Of a stretch of DNA of 64,000 nt, positions 35,038 to 49,464 are shown in pieces. Both the position numbers and the translations under genes were made by a program. The DNA comes from the human T2T-CHM13v2.0 reference genome, Homo sapiens. The stretch is from assembly GCF_009914755.1 (NCBI RefSeq), contig NC_060933.1; one strand, 5' to 3'. Position 1 is the first letter of the stretch; every line of letters starts with the position of its first letter. Below the pieces are notes generated by a model. The model saw only the letters and a list, made by a program, of their open reading frames with translations, did not search any database and was not told where the DNA came from.

Positions 35038-36310
35038 CAGCACTGCACTAAGAACTTTGCCAGACACATCTAGGCCCATTTGCGGGGACAGGGGCATGAA
35101 GACAGATAGAGGTCCACATTCTACATATCTGAATGTGTTAATTTAATAAATTTAAGAAGCTAAGAAAACTGTCAAAATATATTTTCTTCTCCTTCCTTGA
35201 CAAATATATCTTCATGGTAACAAAATAAAATTATGATTATTGTTTATATATGACTGAAAATTAGCAAAATGTCAAAGATTATTATATTTAATTATTATGA
35301 AACATGCATGGGTGTTCTGTTGATGGCCATGTGTGAATGATGGTGTCATAAAACAAAGGCATGAATAACCCACCACTATTACATATTTATTTTACAAAGT
35401 ATTTCCCATGCCTTTATTTTAGCAAATTTATCTCGTTACAATAAGATATCCATATAATCGGTACACTACTAACAGTAATGATTTAAAAGGTTAAAAAATA
35501 AAATGCAATTGCATTCAAGGTGTATACATTTTGATATATTTTTATAAAAAATAAGAAACATCTAGAATATCAAAAAATTATTTTTTCAGGTTTAAAAATG
35601 CTGTTTTTCTAAAATATTCAACATTATACGTTAAAATTAAAGGCAAGATGCAAATAAATTACTGAGTTTCAAAATTTTAAATCAATATTAAGAAAATATG
35701 ACATTTAAAATTTGGTTTTAAAAAATTTAATGAATTTTATTAAATATTTTTATAAAAATGAAACTTTTTCAGTTCTAACATGGAACGTCCTTCTATATGC
35801 CAATGAAAAGAATCACCATGAAGCTTCACAAATGTTAGGTCTGGAAGTAAATATATGAAAATTTAAGAATAACATAAATTGTTTCATACTGCAAAATATT
35901 GCTCAGATGGCATACACAATTACTCAAAAAATGTTGCTAATTTACGAATAACTTGCTGATCTTCAAAATTAAAAATCAGAATGCAAGATGAGTGAGGAAA
36001 AAAAGCTCAGACCTACTGGGAGTCAATACTATACTTCATTATGCAAGGAATCTATGTAGTCATGCTATCTAGGAGGATAAATTTGTCAAGTTAATTTGTC
36101 TTTTACCTTAGTGCTTCTGTCACTACAGTCTTCTTTCATGGAAAAGCAGTGTTTGTCCCCACTATCAACATAAGCACAACTTATAAACTTTCATGGCATC
36201 TGGATGTTGTTACATTTTGTTTCAAAACTGTAGGGCAAGAGATATGGAGAAATGTTTTTCTGGAGTGGGGGCTGGATGATGTTAGGGTAAAAGTGGACAT
36301 TTAGGGTAAC
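35038..36310 (-). mobile_element. Zaphod/MER115-like hAT-Tip100 transposon fossil
   Basis: Terminal part (AAACTGTCAAAATATATTTTCTTCTCCTTCCTTGACAAATATATCTTCAT) resembles recalled MER115/Zaphod. Minus strand near 35432-35406 reads DKFAKIKAW, like a hAT transposase C-terminus. Confidence 0.55.
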
Positions 36311-36755
36311 AGATCCCGAGAGAGAGAGAACGCATGCATTCTTTAATAAATGTATTGTGGTCAGTGGGTGGATTTGTGATATGTTGGTCTAAAAGTGGTA
36401 TCAGTTTTAACCAAAACAATAAAGCAAAAAAGAAAAAGAAATGAAAGGATTAGAAAGGCAGAAATAAAGCTGTCATAATATTCAGAAAATATGGCTGTAT
36501 ATATAGAAAAGTATCATTATTATTTTCAAATAAACTATTTGAATTAATAACTAAATTCTATAGAATTTCATCATGTGAATATACTACAATTTATTTATTC
36601 ATTCTACCATTGATGTACAATTAGGTTGTTTCCAACTCTTGGCTATTACAAACAAATTTTCAGTAAATCAATTATATTTCCATATACAAGCCAAAAACAG
36701 AAGATGAAAAAATTAAAAAATATTTTATTTAAAATAACATAAAAATCATATATCT

Positions 36756-37055
<300 letters not shown>

Positions 37056-39119
37056 CTAGGAATAAATCTAATCAAAAATGTGCATGACTGCTACAAAAAA
37101 CTACATTATTTACAGAAAACAAAGAAGTCTAAATCAATGGAAATATACAAAATGCTTATGAACAGAGATTCTATATTGTAAATAAGTCATTTCTACTCAT
37201 TAAATTACAGTTGAATGCAATTCTACTCAAAATTCTATCAGGTAATTTGAAAGTTGACAAGCTAATTTAAAATTTATTTGAAAATTTAAAAGGCCAAAAA
37301 GAATCAAGAAAGTTCTGAAGAAGAACAGAACTCAGTAATGTATACCATCAGATATCTCAATCTTTATTACAATTAAAATAAGATGGTATTAGCAGAAGGA
37401 CATACAAACAGAGAAACCAGAAACAAACTCATACTTATACCATCACCTGATTTATGACAAAGGTGAAACTGCAGTGCAGTGAGGAAATAATAATCTTTTC
37501 AATAAATAGTAGATCACTTGGATATTGATATGCGGGAAGAAAAGAATTTGACCCCTATCTTACGTCATAAACAAAGGTCAATTGTAGGTGGATTATAAAG
37601 CTAAATGTAAAAGGTTAATAATTTTAAAAAAGCTTCTATAACACAGGTGAATATCTTTATGACATTGGGGTAGACAAAAATTTCTTAAACAAGACTAAAT
37701 AAGCATTAACTATACAGAAAAAGTCTGATAAATTGGACTACGTTAAAACTAAGAACTTTATATTAACAAAGTCACCATTAAGAGAAAGAAAAGGCAAGTT
37801 AGACTGGGAGAAGATATCTGCAGTGTTTATGTCCAATATAATATCTATATCCAGAATATATAAAGAACTCCTACAAATCAATTACAGAATATATTCAAAG
37901 AGCCAATTAAGCATCAGAAAATGTGCTCATCAAGGGCAGGCAACTCAAAGTGACAATGGGGTACCATGACACGCTGACCAGACCGGTCAAAATGAAAAAT
38001 ACAGACAATGCCAAGTGATGGCAAGGATATAGAGCAATTAGAACTGGTGAAGGTAAAATAGTACAACCACTTTGAAAAAGTGATTAGGCAGTATTTAATA
38101 AAGTTGAATATATACGTATCCTAAGACCCAGCAATTCCATTCATGGTATGTACCCAACAGAAATGCATACAAGTGTGTACCAAAAGACATGTATAACAAT
38201 GTTCATAGTAGCATTATTTGTAATAGTCAAGAGCTGGAAATAAGCCAATTGTACATCAATGGTAGAATGGATGAATAAATTGTAGTGTATTCTTACAATG
38301 AAATACTATAGAGCAATAAAAATAAAACTATGGCTATATGCAACAACATGAATAAATCTTACCAACAACGTTAGATAAATGAAGTCAAACCCCAAAATGC
38401 ACATATTCTATGAATCCACATATGCAAAGTTCACAATAGGTGACAGTGGCTACTCCTTTGGGAAGCAGTGAGGAAAGAACTAAGAGAGTACTACAGAGGG
38501 GGCTCTGGGTGTCTGTAATTTCTATTTCCCAATCCAGGTGGGGTTTACATGAACATGTTACTTTGTGAAAATTCATTGAGCTGTAACTAAACATCTGGAA
38601 TTATTTATGAATGAAATTATATATAACTCAATGGGAAGCTGGGAGGATAGGGAGGAGGTATGGGGGCTAAAGAAAACATGGAGTGGCCAAATGCTTACAA
38701 TTGTTATTGCTGGGTTACGGATACCTGGGTGTTTGTTTCACTATTCTTTCCATTTTGTGTATATTTGAAATTTTCCATTATAAAAAGGACCAAAAAAAAA
38801 AAAAGAGAGAGAGAAAACTATTCACAGAGACCCACAACAGCCTCATCATGGTTTTTACTGGCCTCTCTCACTGAACCATTGAATCACAGTTTTATTGGCT
38901 TTATCTGAAGGTAAACATACACTGTGGAAATGGAATGTCATTTGAGGGCAAGCATTAAGATGTTGCTATCCTCTGTATGTCCTTCCTGGCACCTAGAATG
39001 CTGTCTCACCCTTCCTGGGCACTTAAAGGTTTGGTTTCTGCTGCTGCCATCAGCTAATCTTGCCTGAAAAATTGTGTGCTATTGATTCCGCTCTTGCCTC
39101 TTGACTCCAAACCCACTCT

Positions 39120-39643
39120 TGTATTTTCAGGCTTTGTGACACTTGAGAGGATATTTTGCAAACCACGCTCCTGATTTGCCAGTTGGCTTTCCGGTTCTGC
39201 CAAAAAGGGGAGCTAGAGGGAAGTGGGAAGCCTGTAGGAAAAAGAAGGAAGAGGTTTGCTTCTTCCTTTTTACTTCCTGTGCACTTCCTGTTTCCTGATT
39301 TTTTGGGATTCGTCCCAGAGGTTGCATTGCCTTCTCTTCACAGCAGGTGAATTCAATGGCGCAGTTTTTCCAACACTCACATAACAGCCTCAACACTCTC
39401 TGCTCCAAGTACCAGCTGAGCAGCTCCCTCCTCAAGTTTCCATGTTTTAATAATTCTAGCCTTTTCTCTTTGACCCTCCAGGCCTAGGAGTGGCAGCTGC
39501 TTCCTGCAATTCTACCTCCCTGGGACCTGAAAGTTGTTTTACACTTTAGATAATTAACAACTTTCTACCTAGTTAACAATTCATGTTAAGCATGCTCTGT
39601 TGAAGATGTGAGTTCTGCCTCCAGAATGGGTCTTGACTGACAC
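39120..39643 (+). mobile_element. LTR33-like ERVL solo LTR
   Basis: TG...CA ends, 3' portion TACCTAGTTAACAATTC...TCTGTTGAA...TTGACTGACACA. Confidence 0.6.
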
Positions 39644-42364
39644 AACCTCCAAGAGTTATATACTCTGTCCTTGCTGCCTGTGTGATGACATACAATTTGT
39701 TGATTATTTTCTCTTATTGAGCATACATTTGTGTAAAAAATCAACAGCTTTTGCTTCTTATCCCCACCCCATGTAAGCAGAACAGCAATTTCAATTATTT
39801 GAAAATTCAGCTATCTCAATTTATATTTTAAAATATGACTATTGAAAATTAAATAATTGAGTTTTGCTTTAATAATAATGTAGTTAGTATAGTATGCAAT
39901 GGGACAATTTTTGACAAAGTATATCTGAGCATAAGCCACACATCTCTCACAGGTTCACACTATTTCTTTTAAAGCTCTCCATTGTGAATGAAACTGATAC
40001 AGCAATATTTGAAATTCAGAGGCCAAAAAGCCAAATTCTATCTCAGAAGCAATTGCCATAAAAGTGTTGATGTCATAAGCATATGAAAGCCACAAGGTAG
40101 CTGCTTAATTGAAAAGCAGATGAGAGGAAAGCTGCATTTTACATGAATAAATACTGCCACAAACAAAGAGCACCCTGTTAAGAATTTAGGCAAAATGTGC
40201 TGTGGAAAGATGGACAGGTATTATCCTAAGGAAATAATACAGTAAATGACAATGAATTCATCTGGATTAGACTATTTCATATTAGCAGTCTGTTCTCAGT
40301 TGCCCATCCTTTCAGAAGGTGTGAAGACCAGAAATAAGACCCTCAATAGTAGATACAGAAATTATCTTCTTAAACTGATAGATAATGCCCTAAGTTAGGA
40401 ACTTCAGGAGAGAAAAGCCTATGTTTAAATTTTCCTGAGATCATGAGGTTCACATTCAATGAATCCCCCATACCTGTTCTTAAATTTTTTTTTAAGTATA
40501 GGAAGGTTGGAACCTTTCCTTAGTTTAAGTGTATAATAAGTGGCAAAAGAGGGATTAGACCCTGGTCTTCTGATTCAGGGCCTGGCCCTCCTTTCATGAA
40601 GGTTCTCTAGTTAGCATTAGAACATGCCTTCTTCAGGAACAAGGCCAACTAAAAAGCAACCTGTGAAAGAAATCAATGAACTATCCCCTACCTCCACATA
40701 CATACACCTGTCCTCAGGAATGTCTCTCACAGGACATCTGGATCAACTGGACTCTAATGGGCCACAAACATACCTCTAATGTTGAGAAACTGTCACTACC
40801 TTTGGAATGGCTGAATGCTTCATGGAACCATCTTGTTTTGTTTGGAGGGAAACAATGGAGACTATTTACCAGCAGATAGAGATCCCAGAGGGAAATGGGA
40901 ATTTCCAATTAAAAGTAGAGGATCCTTATGTTACTGTTTCGATGACGGGCTTAGGAAAATTTAAGTGTCTCTGATATTTCCCTAAGTCTGAAAAAACTGT
41001 TATTTTGAAAAATGGAGGAATTGTGTGCTTAACAACTATCTTACAAGACAACAGCTTGTAAAAATTAAAAAGTAAAAATTGGTTCCACTGTCTGCATCAC
41101 ATCAGCATTAGAAGACTGAGCTAAGAAAGTAGTTACGGCTGAGTTGGACAACTACAGCTGAGGTTATGTCATAGGGTTAGTCAGTTTATCACTTCTATTC
41201 ATAGTGAACTTGATCATACACTGATGTGTAATCCACCTTATAAATTATAGAGAATTTTAATTAGCTGCTTTTTAAGGAAACAGTATTTGAAATACAGCTA
41301 GCACCAATTTTCTGCAATTCTTAAAGCAAAGATAATTTACCGTACTATAAGCTTAAATTTGAAGAATGAATGTTCTTTCAGTGGCATTTCTGAAACTTTG
41401 CTATTGACCTAGGTTAGGGGACAGAATGGGTGTGCTGTCGGGGCTGGGCAGAGGAGTGTAGCCCAGAGCAGTTACTGCGCAGTACAATTTATTTGAAGCT
41501 GGTGTTATATTCAAAAAGAGAGAAAGATTTTGCATTCTATAATATGTTCTTGTTCACATAACATAAAATATTCTGAATTACTTGCTAAGTAAATTATTTA
41601 ACTGCTGCCCTCCTTTAAAATATCTACCAATAAAATTAAGCTCAGGTCCTAGGGTTCTGTTTATCCTGAGGCACACTACTGCCTCTCCCAATTCAAAAAG
41701 CATGGACATTTAGACGCAATTCTTGGCACTATAGATACTCTACAGAAGGATGGATCAACAGTATAAATGGACGGGTACCTGGTTTTGGTGGGGGTGCAGG
41801 TAAGGAGGATACTTTCTCACTTTATTAGCCCATGTATAAACTGTGGGGTTATGTTTATTTGATTGCTTAGTGGCTTAAAATGAAAAATAGCTTTGTGCCC
41901 TTAAGAGACCAAAACCCAGTCCTGATCATCACCGCAACCACTCACGCTGCACAACATTGTTAGAGGGGACCCCCCACAGTATACCTCACCTCATATGGGC
42001 TGGCAGAGCTGCTCTGTGATGTTACAATACATCAATGACACCAAACTTTCTCTTATTTTCCCTAGGACCTATGCCCTCCTCTCTTAGGTTCAGAAGAGGG
42101 TCTTGTCCATATTACTGAGAGGATAAAGATCATCATCTTTAATTCAAAATACTGCTTCCTTGACTTCTATGTTTTCTATTTTCTCCCTCACCATATCTAG
42201 GGATGGATGTTCCCATTTCTTCTTCAAGCCACCTCTCGCACTGTGTGCTTGATCCCATCTCCTTCTTCCTCTTTCTGGTCCTTGCTCATGTTATGATCAC
42301 AACACTCCAGCATCTTCAGTTCTTCTCTATCCTCACACTGGGAGTTTGTATGTTTACCTTGTTA

Positions 42365-42680
42365 GATTTTATGGTTGCAGACTCCTATGCTCGTAGAGGA
42401 CTGGTGAGTCATCAAAGAAGGGAAGGACCAGACAGGGGTTGTTTAACCCAAAGCATATGCCCCAAGGAAAGGGGACAGCCGCTACTTGGCTCCAACTGAT
42501 GTTGTCACATGGAAAGGAAGACCCCAAGTTGTATGATTTTCCAAAAGTAGATGGGAATCTGGATTTACATATGAAATCTGGTAAGTTTTAAATGTTGACT
42601 ACAATTTAAAAAATTGAACACTGTGGCTTGTTTCACTGTGGATGAAACAAATACTTCATTAGCCCCAACTATAAGTTTCA
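42365..42680. mobile_element. MER102-like hAT element
   Basis: GGGGACAGCCGCTACTTGGCTCCAACTGAT...GAATCTGGATTTACATATGAAATCT...TTTTAAATGTTGAC. Confidence 0.65.
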
Positions 42681-42879
42681 CCTATCCATCTAAACATTCA
42701 TTTTACTCTGCTTCCCATTCAAATACCTTGTTACTTCACTCATAAACTTCCCAAACATCTAAGCCTGTAACTATTGGCTTCTTTTCCACATCCACGGTTC
42801 TCTCCTTATCCAACTTCAATATGTTTCCCACTCTTCTGAAAGTGTATTCTTGAAGGTCACTAGGAAGTTTCTAACTAGT

Positions 42880-43272
42880 TGATATGGTCTGGACATTTGT
42901 CATCCAAATCTCCTGTTGAAATGTGACCTAGCATGTTGGAGGGGATCCTAGTGGGAGGTGCTGGATCACAGGGACAGATCTCTTATGAATGGCTTAGTGC
43001 CATCCCTTTGGTATTGAGTGAGTTCTTGCACTGAGTTCATGTGAGATCTGGTCATTTAAGATTGTGGCACCTGCTCCACCCCTCTTGCTCTGATGCACCT
43101 GCTCCCTTAGCCTTCTGCCATGGTTGAAAGATTCCTGAGGCCCTTCCCAGAAGCAGATGACTGTGCCATACTTCTTGTACAGCTTGCAGAACCATGAGCC
43201 AATTAAACCTCTTTTCTTTGTAAATTACCCAGCCTCGGGTATTCCTTCATGCAATGCAAATAGACTAACACA
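42880..43272 (+). mobile_element. MSTB-like MaLR solo LTR
   Basis: TGATATGGTCTGG...AAATCTCCTGTTGAAATGTG...GAACCATGAGCCAATTAAACCTCTTTTCTTTGTAAATTACCCAG...GACTAACACA. Confidence 0.88.
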
Positions 43273-43329
43273 CCACTGAATACTCTGGAATACTTGTGTG
43301 TATGTACATATCTCCATACATCCTTAAAA

Positions 43330-43515
43330 CAATAGTTTCAAGGAGTGATTCCAAGAGAAGTAATATCAGCATTGTCTGGGGGACCTGCTAGAACTGCAGA
43401 ATTTCATGCCTCTTCCAAGACCTAATAAATCAGAAACTCTGGGGGTAGATTCAGCAATCTATGCGTTGATAAGCATCCAAGGCGATTGTGATGGCTGCAA
43501 GTTTCAGAACCACTG
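43330..43515. mobile_element. MER5A
   Basis: AATCAGAAACTCTGGGGGT...CAGCAATCT...AAGTTTCAGAACCACTG. Confidence 0.7.
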
Positions 43516-46500
43516 CCTTAAAATATACCTACCTGTGAGTGTACCTGTTGCCAGAGAGCAATTAATCTATCCCTCTGAATTTTGCCCCACAGCTTCAATT
43601 CCTTTTCTACATGCTGGGAAAGACCTGCATTGATATAACACTTTTTATTAAATGTTTTTTCATATTTTATTACCTAACTCCTATAAATAAGAACTTTACA
43701 CAATAGGCAAAGCAAGTCAAAAAAGTTTATTATGCCCATCTAACCATCATATGTAAATGTAAAAGCAGCAATAAGAGATTAAGTGACTTTCTTAAAATCA
43801 TAGTTAGGAAAGTGTCAGAGTTAATATCAATCTAGTTTCCTGACATATCATAGCCCTTTCTTTCTGTGTTTTAGAAATACTATTTTTTTCTACTTGTAAG
43901 AGTCTAATACATTAGTTGAAGAAATGCTGGAAAATACAGAAAAGACTACAGAAGAAAGTAAAAAATCATCCAGAATTCTACCACTGACATCATGCATTTC
44001 CCTCCTCCAATCTGTTTTTTTTTCTCTCTTTTTTTTTTTAAATGCACAAGTGCATGTGAGTGCAGATGCAATCCTCTTTCAATTACAGGACACAACACTG
44101 TCAGGAGGTAAGCGGCTCTCTTGTTCTCAGTGCCTACGACAACTTTCCGATGGGACCATAAATAAGAAATTTAAATAATTATTTTATTTATCTTTTGTTC
44201 ATCAGAGCTCTACGTAACTCCAAAAGCAGATGCAAAATCTAAGTGAAATGAAATCAGCATTGCTGACTTTTATTATAGCCATGACATACAGGAAAAATTG
44301 CTAATCCCTTATGAAAATATTCAATATCTCTATGCTCTTAGGGGTGCCTGAGGCAACTCCTAGTGCAGATAGCATGTGGAGTCTCATGGTGACTAACTGT
44401 AATTGAATTCAATAAAAAACTCCATTATCATAATAGTCTAGGGTGTCAATAAAATTGATACTTCTATAATAGGAAAAATATAAAATATACCCAAGGGCAT
44501 ACAATGGGAAGCTTTTAATTATTATTATTGATCCAGAGAATTATTTTTCCCTGATTCTGGCATTACTCTGAAATCCAGTATTTCTGTCCTCACTTGTTTA
44601 TCTCCCTTTAAAAAGCTAAGGTCAAAAAGTCTAAAGAAAATTCATGGGCAGGCCAAACTAAGTGCTATTTCTGACAAATAACATTTATTTGGTGCTTATT
44701 TTTAGTCACACTTATCTTGTTGATTTATGAGACAGCTAGCAAGAACCTTTGCAAAAGTGTTTTGAGTTCCTTTTGGGGGTTCTTATAGGAGTCCCTAACC
44801 TGCTAGATCTGTATTTCAGAATGTAATTCCAACAATGAAATCAACAATTTTATTTCAGAGCAATACAAAGGAAAAAAGCCAACTAACAAGAACAATCCCA
44901 GTTGTTGAGTGTCTACTGTGGGCCAGTACTATGCTGGTACTCTCCAAATCATTAGAGTATAACCTCTTTTTAAAATTACAAAATATTTTAAACACTCAAA
45001 ATGGCATACAGAATGATATAATAACCAACAATCAATCTACTACCTGATTTATTCAAATTTTAATATTTTTAATATTCACACTTACTTGAAAGAAGTAAAA
45101 TACTCCAGATACATGTCAAGCCCTCTGTGTTCCCTCTTCATTCCACTTCTCTCTCTCCCTTTCCTCACCATCCTGAGTTTGATATCTATCATTCCCATGT
45201 ACTTTTTATGCCTATACTTTCTCTCTCTCCCATTATATACATATACAGGTATGTGTACGTGTTTAAAACATTTCTATAATAGGTTTCATAAAATACACAC
45301 ACAATTTGCTTGTTTTTGCTGTGTTACATTATGCAAGTCCTTATACATATACTTAATCTCTTTAGGCCTCAATCTCTTCATCTGTAAAAGAGGGATAATA
45401 ATCCTACATAGAAGAGGACTAACTAATACTGATAAAGTGCTCAGCACAGTGGCTAGCATGTAATCAGCATTTAATAGAAGTTAGTCATATACATATTATT
45501 ATCTGACATATCACTTTGCCTTTCAAGAGATTAGCCAAAGGAAATTCTTCTTGTCTTACCTGGAAATTAACTTTTACTATGAGTGTCTTCTCTAACTCAT
45601 ATATTTCTACCTGCTCCATGTGACACAGGACAGATCAAATGCAAATGTGTCACCATAGACTGCTTGAACACACTTGTGATGGCACAGACATGTACATACA
45701 CACACCACACACACGAAGGCTAACCATGTGACAGGAAGTGACTGGAGCTGCTCTGGGTCAATCCATTTCACCCACACATATCAGTGAGGTGTTTTGATTA
45801 TTTTCATTTTATATATGAGGAAACTGAGGCACAAAGAGGTTAATAAACTGCCAGAGATCACAAAGTTAGCAAATACTATCATGGCAAGATGCTCTATGCA
45901 AGCAGTCCTGCTCCTGAGTGTGTGCTAAGGGCTGACACTCAGTTGCCTCTTGACTCTTAGCCTATACAGATTTTCCTATTTGCTGGTTCTGCAAAATTCG
46001 TAAGTTCACTAAAGAGATATGCAATAGTGAATATCATGTGTGTTCCCAGGTTATTTATTGAATTATTTACCAAAAGCAAATATCCAAAGCCATTTGTTCT
46101 GGGCAGGGGCTCACACTCAGCTCAGCTGAAGCAGATATAAAGATACTATGCAGGAGAGCAGATCTGTGATTTCAGTTGCCTGAGTACTCCTATTAATACA
46201 AGAAAAAATTCCCATTGCACTCATGCAAGCCAGCAGGCACATTTTCCTCTTTACCATGAGACTTGTTTCTTTATACTCAACAAGATGACAAAACATTAAT
46301 CCCTTCCCTCTGAAAAGTATAACACAAGAAGTTTTAGACTGGCCTCCATTGATGTAGTGGGGTAAGTGGTGGAAGAAATTGTTGAGTCACCATTGTGAGC
46401 ACGTTTAATGAAAGATCTGTGAGTCACAGCTGGGCAGTAAGATTGTGCAGAATGAATGCCTGCACAATCTTAGGTGGGTTAATGTTAAAATTATGATCGT

Positions 46501-47513
46501 TGTGGTTTAACCTGATAATAAATTTCCAGCAATATTGGTCAGTCCCTTCATCTAGGCAGCCTAGGCCCAGATGTTTTTATTGTCCCTTTTTTGATTTTTT
46601 TGTTTGTTTGTTTGTTTGTTGGTTGGTTGGTTTTAACAACACAGCTAAAGACATCCTCCTGGCTTCCTGATAGCACTGGCCTCACCAGAAGTGATAAAGC
46701 ATTCCTAGAAACGGAAGGAAGGATGAATCACAAAGTACAGTTCAGCCACAGAGGAGGGTGATAAGCAACCCTTCTTTGTTTCAAATGGAGACAGCTCAGG
46801 AGGAAGTTGGTTTGTGTTAAATTAGAAACAACAAGAGCCTCCTCCTATCTGGAACAGGTTGCTGTACCAGATTGTGTAAGTTCCTTCTCTCTAGAGACCT
46901 TGAAGTACAGGATAAGACACATTTGATCAGCACAACCAGCTTCCAGAGTTATTTCCAGATGCCATCATAAGCCCCTGAGGTTCTCATGAATCAGCAAAAT
47001 TGCTTTGGGCATTCTAGATACCGACCCAAGTTACCTCTCTTTTTTGCTCTCAGCTCAGGTTGCTTAGGTGAGAAAGGTTAAAATAGACAACAAAAAGATA
47101 CACAATCCATATCTCTTGAATCCTCAGCAAAACACAGGCATTCAATTCTTTTAAAATGAGATAAAAGAACAGCATACATTTCATTTATTTTGGCTTGTCT
47201 TCCTGTTAGAATACTATTAAACCAACCAGAATCTTTTTTGACCATATTTTTATATTTGGTTGGATGTCCATTTTTTAAAAAGGTATTTGTGTGTATGTTC
47301 AAAGGATAAAACAAAGACCACCAGAGATTAAAAAGAAAACAAGACAAAACTGAGTTTATTGCCTGTGGGATAAGGGAGAACCAGAGCTCAGCCACATCAT
47401 CCAAGAAATGAGTTTAGCTGGTCTCTTCCTGTGCTAAAGACAAAAGGGACTGCTTATTTCTTACTAGAAGAGATTCTAGGCATTATAAGAAATGTTCAAC
47501 GTAGATTAAATTT

Positions 47514-47697
47514 AGGGGTAGCCATATTTAGCAAATAAAAATTCAAGATGCTCAGCTAAATTTGCATTGCAGATAAACAATGAATCATTTTTAGTATGTC
47601 CCAAATATTGCATGGGATAAACTTACGCTAAAAAATGACTCCTTGTATAATGAAAAACGAAACTTACCTAGCATCTCATATTTTATCTGGCAACTCG
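47514..47697. mobile_element. MER53 hAT MITE
   Basis: TTTAGCAAATAAAAAT...CAGCTAAATTTG...CAGATAAACAATGAAT...TATGTCCCAAATATTGCATGGGA...TTTTATCTGGCAAC. Confidence 0.8.
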
Positions 47698-48169
47698 AAT
47701 TAGTGGGACTCAGTGGGGTTTGGGGTCATGCAGCAGCAGCTAGTCCATATGCTCACAACTGGGACTTGCTAACATTTTTCTTTAACAGTGTAAAGTAAAT
47801 GTCACACTGCAGTGCATTCTGCTAAAGGGACCATAAACCAAATTCTCCCACCTGGGATCACCCGTTGTGATCAAGTCCAGAGGAATATACCAAGTTGGAG
47901 AGCAAAGCACATGCCTGCTAGACCCTCCAGGAACTCAAGCCAAGGTCAGAGGAACTGCAGTTGCCCATGCTTCCCAGACCAGGAGAATCAGTTGCTGGAC
48001 ACTGCCGGAGTACATTAGTGTCAGAAGGTGGTTCAAAGAAGTCTTTGAAGACAACTTCAGTTTTTAGCTTGTAAAGCTGACTGGAAGATAATGTTTTAAC
48101 TGAGGTCCAGAATACAGGAAGATTCACTGGGAATACCAGAAAGGCCCAGGGGCCACTGCAATCTCTTTC

Positions 48170-49090
48170 TGTCCTCCCCAGTTGCCTAATGAACACTTCT
48201 ATTTAAGCATCCTCTGCTTGGATATCCTACAGTTCTTAAACTCAACATGCTCAACACTCAATTCACCCTCTTCCTCTCCAAACCCATTTGTCCTCCCATA
48301 ATTCCCAACTCAACTACAGATAGCATGCGAAGACTCTAACAGCCCCAGGCTAGAAGTCTCCAAGTCATCTCCAAATGCCACTGCCCCCTCATACTGCAAC
48401 TAATCAAATGCCAATTCCTTTTGATACTATGTCTCCTTTAGTTCAAGTCATCATTGTCTCTGATCTCAACAACAGCAAAAGGGTCTGAACTGAGCTCTGC
48501 CCCCGTCCAGCCATTTTCCCTTTTGGTGTACTCTTTTCATCGATATCTTTATAAAATGCAATTTTGAGAATGTTTCTCTATTTCTAAAGTACCTCAGCAG
48601 CTTTTCATGCCTAGAGGATAAAATCCAAATGCCTTCGGGGAGACACAAAGGTCCTTCAAGGTCTGGCTTTGGTCTGTTTCCAGCTTCTCGACCATCACTT
48701 TCCCCCAACAACAGATGGTGCCAAGCTACCGGCCAGGTGTCTGCCATCTGATGCTCTTCCACATCAAGATGACTTTGCACAGACAGTTCCTGTACCTGGA
48801 ATGTCCTCTGCCTACTCTGCTTTTGTCTGGCAAACTCACTGAAGACCCTGCTCTAGTGTTAGACCGGCTTCTGGTAAGCCGGCTTCCTTCTCGACTGAAG
48901 ATTTAGCTGCACCCCTAGTTTGTATACCCACAGCATTCTGTGCCTGCCTTCACTATGGGGCTTACTGTTTTATGCTGACTGTGTTCGGTAACATGTTTGT
49001 CTTCCTCGTAGGATTATGAACCTGGGGGAGGGAATATGCCTTATTTGCTTTGAACCCCTATGACTTCACTTAGCGCTGACGGTAATAATT
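48170..49090 (+). mobile_element. L2 remnant
   Basis: CATCCTCTGCTTGGATATCC...AAACTCAACATG...GGATAAAATCCAAAT...CCTGGAATGTCCT. Confidence 0.7.
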
Positions 49091-49278
49091 ATAGCAGTAA
49101 AAGTTATTGTAGCCAACACTATGTGCTGGACATTTTTCTGGGGGCTCTTTATCCATCTTAACTTGTTAATCCTCACAACAACCCTAGGAGGCCAGAGCTA
49201 CTATCATGTCCATATGACAGAGAAAGAAAGCAAGGCAGAGATGTGAAAGGCGGCCAAAGTACTATATAGTTAGTAAAC

Positions 49279-49464
49279 CGGTGGTTTCCAAATCACCTAC
49301 AAAGTAGAAGCACCTGAGAATATTTTTTCAAAATTTAAAAGTCTTGAGTGGGTTCCAGCCCACTGGAGAACCACTGAAGCTGAATTTTTGGTGGGCTGGG
49401 ACCTGGAGGATCCTATTAAACTTTCCCAGGTGATTTTACTGTGCAGCCAGCCTTGAGAACCACT
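49279..49464. mobile_element. MER5A1/MER5B MITE within a MIR
   Basis: TIR-like CCGGTGGTTTCCAAA / TTGAGAACCACTG and CCCAGGTGATTTTACTGTGCAGCCAG. Confidence 0.7.

Noticed and set aside
45610-45745. Cluster of E-box, octamer and ETS motifs (similar clusters near 26230 and 56734)
   Set aside because: Short motifs alone cannot be distinguished from chance without chromatin or conservation data.
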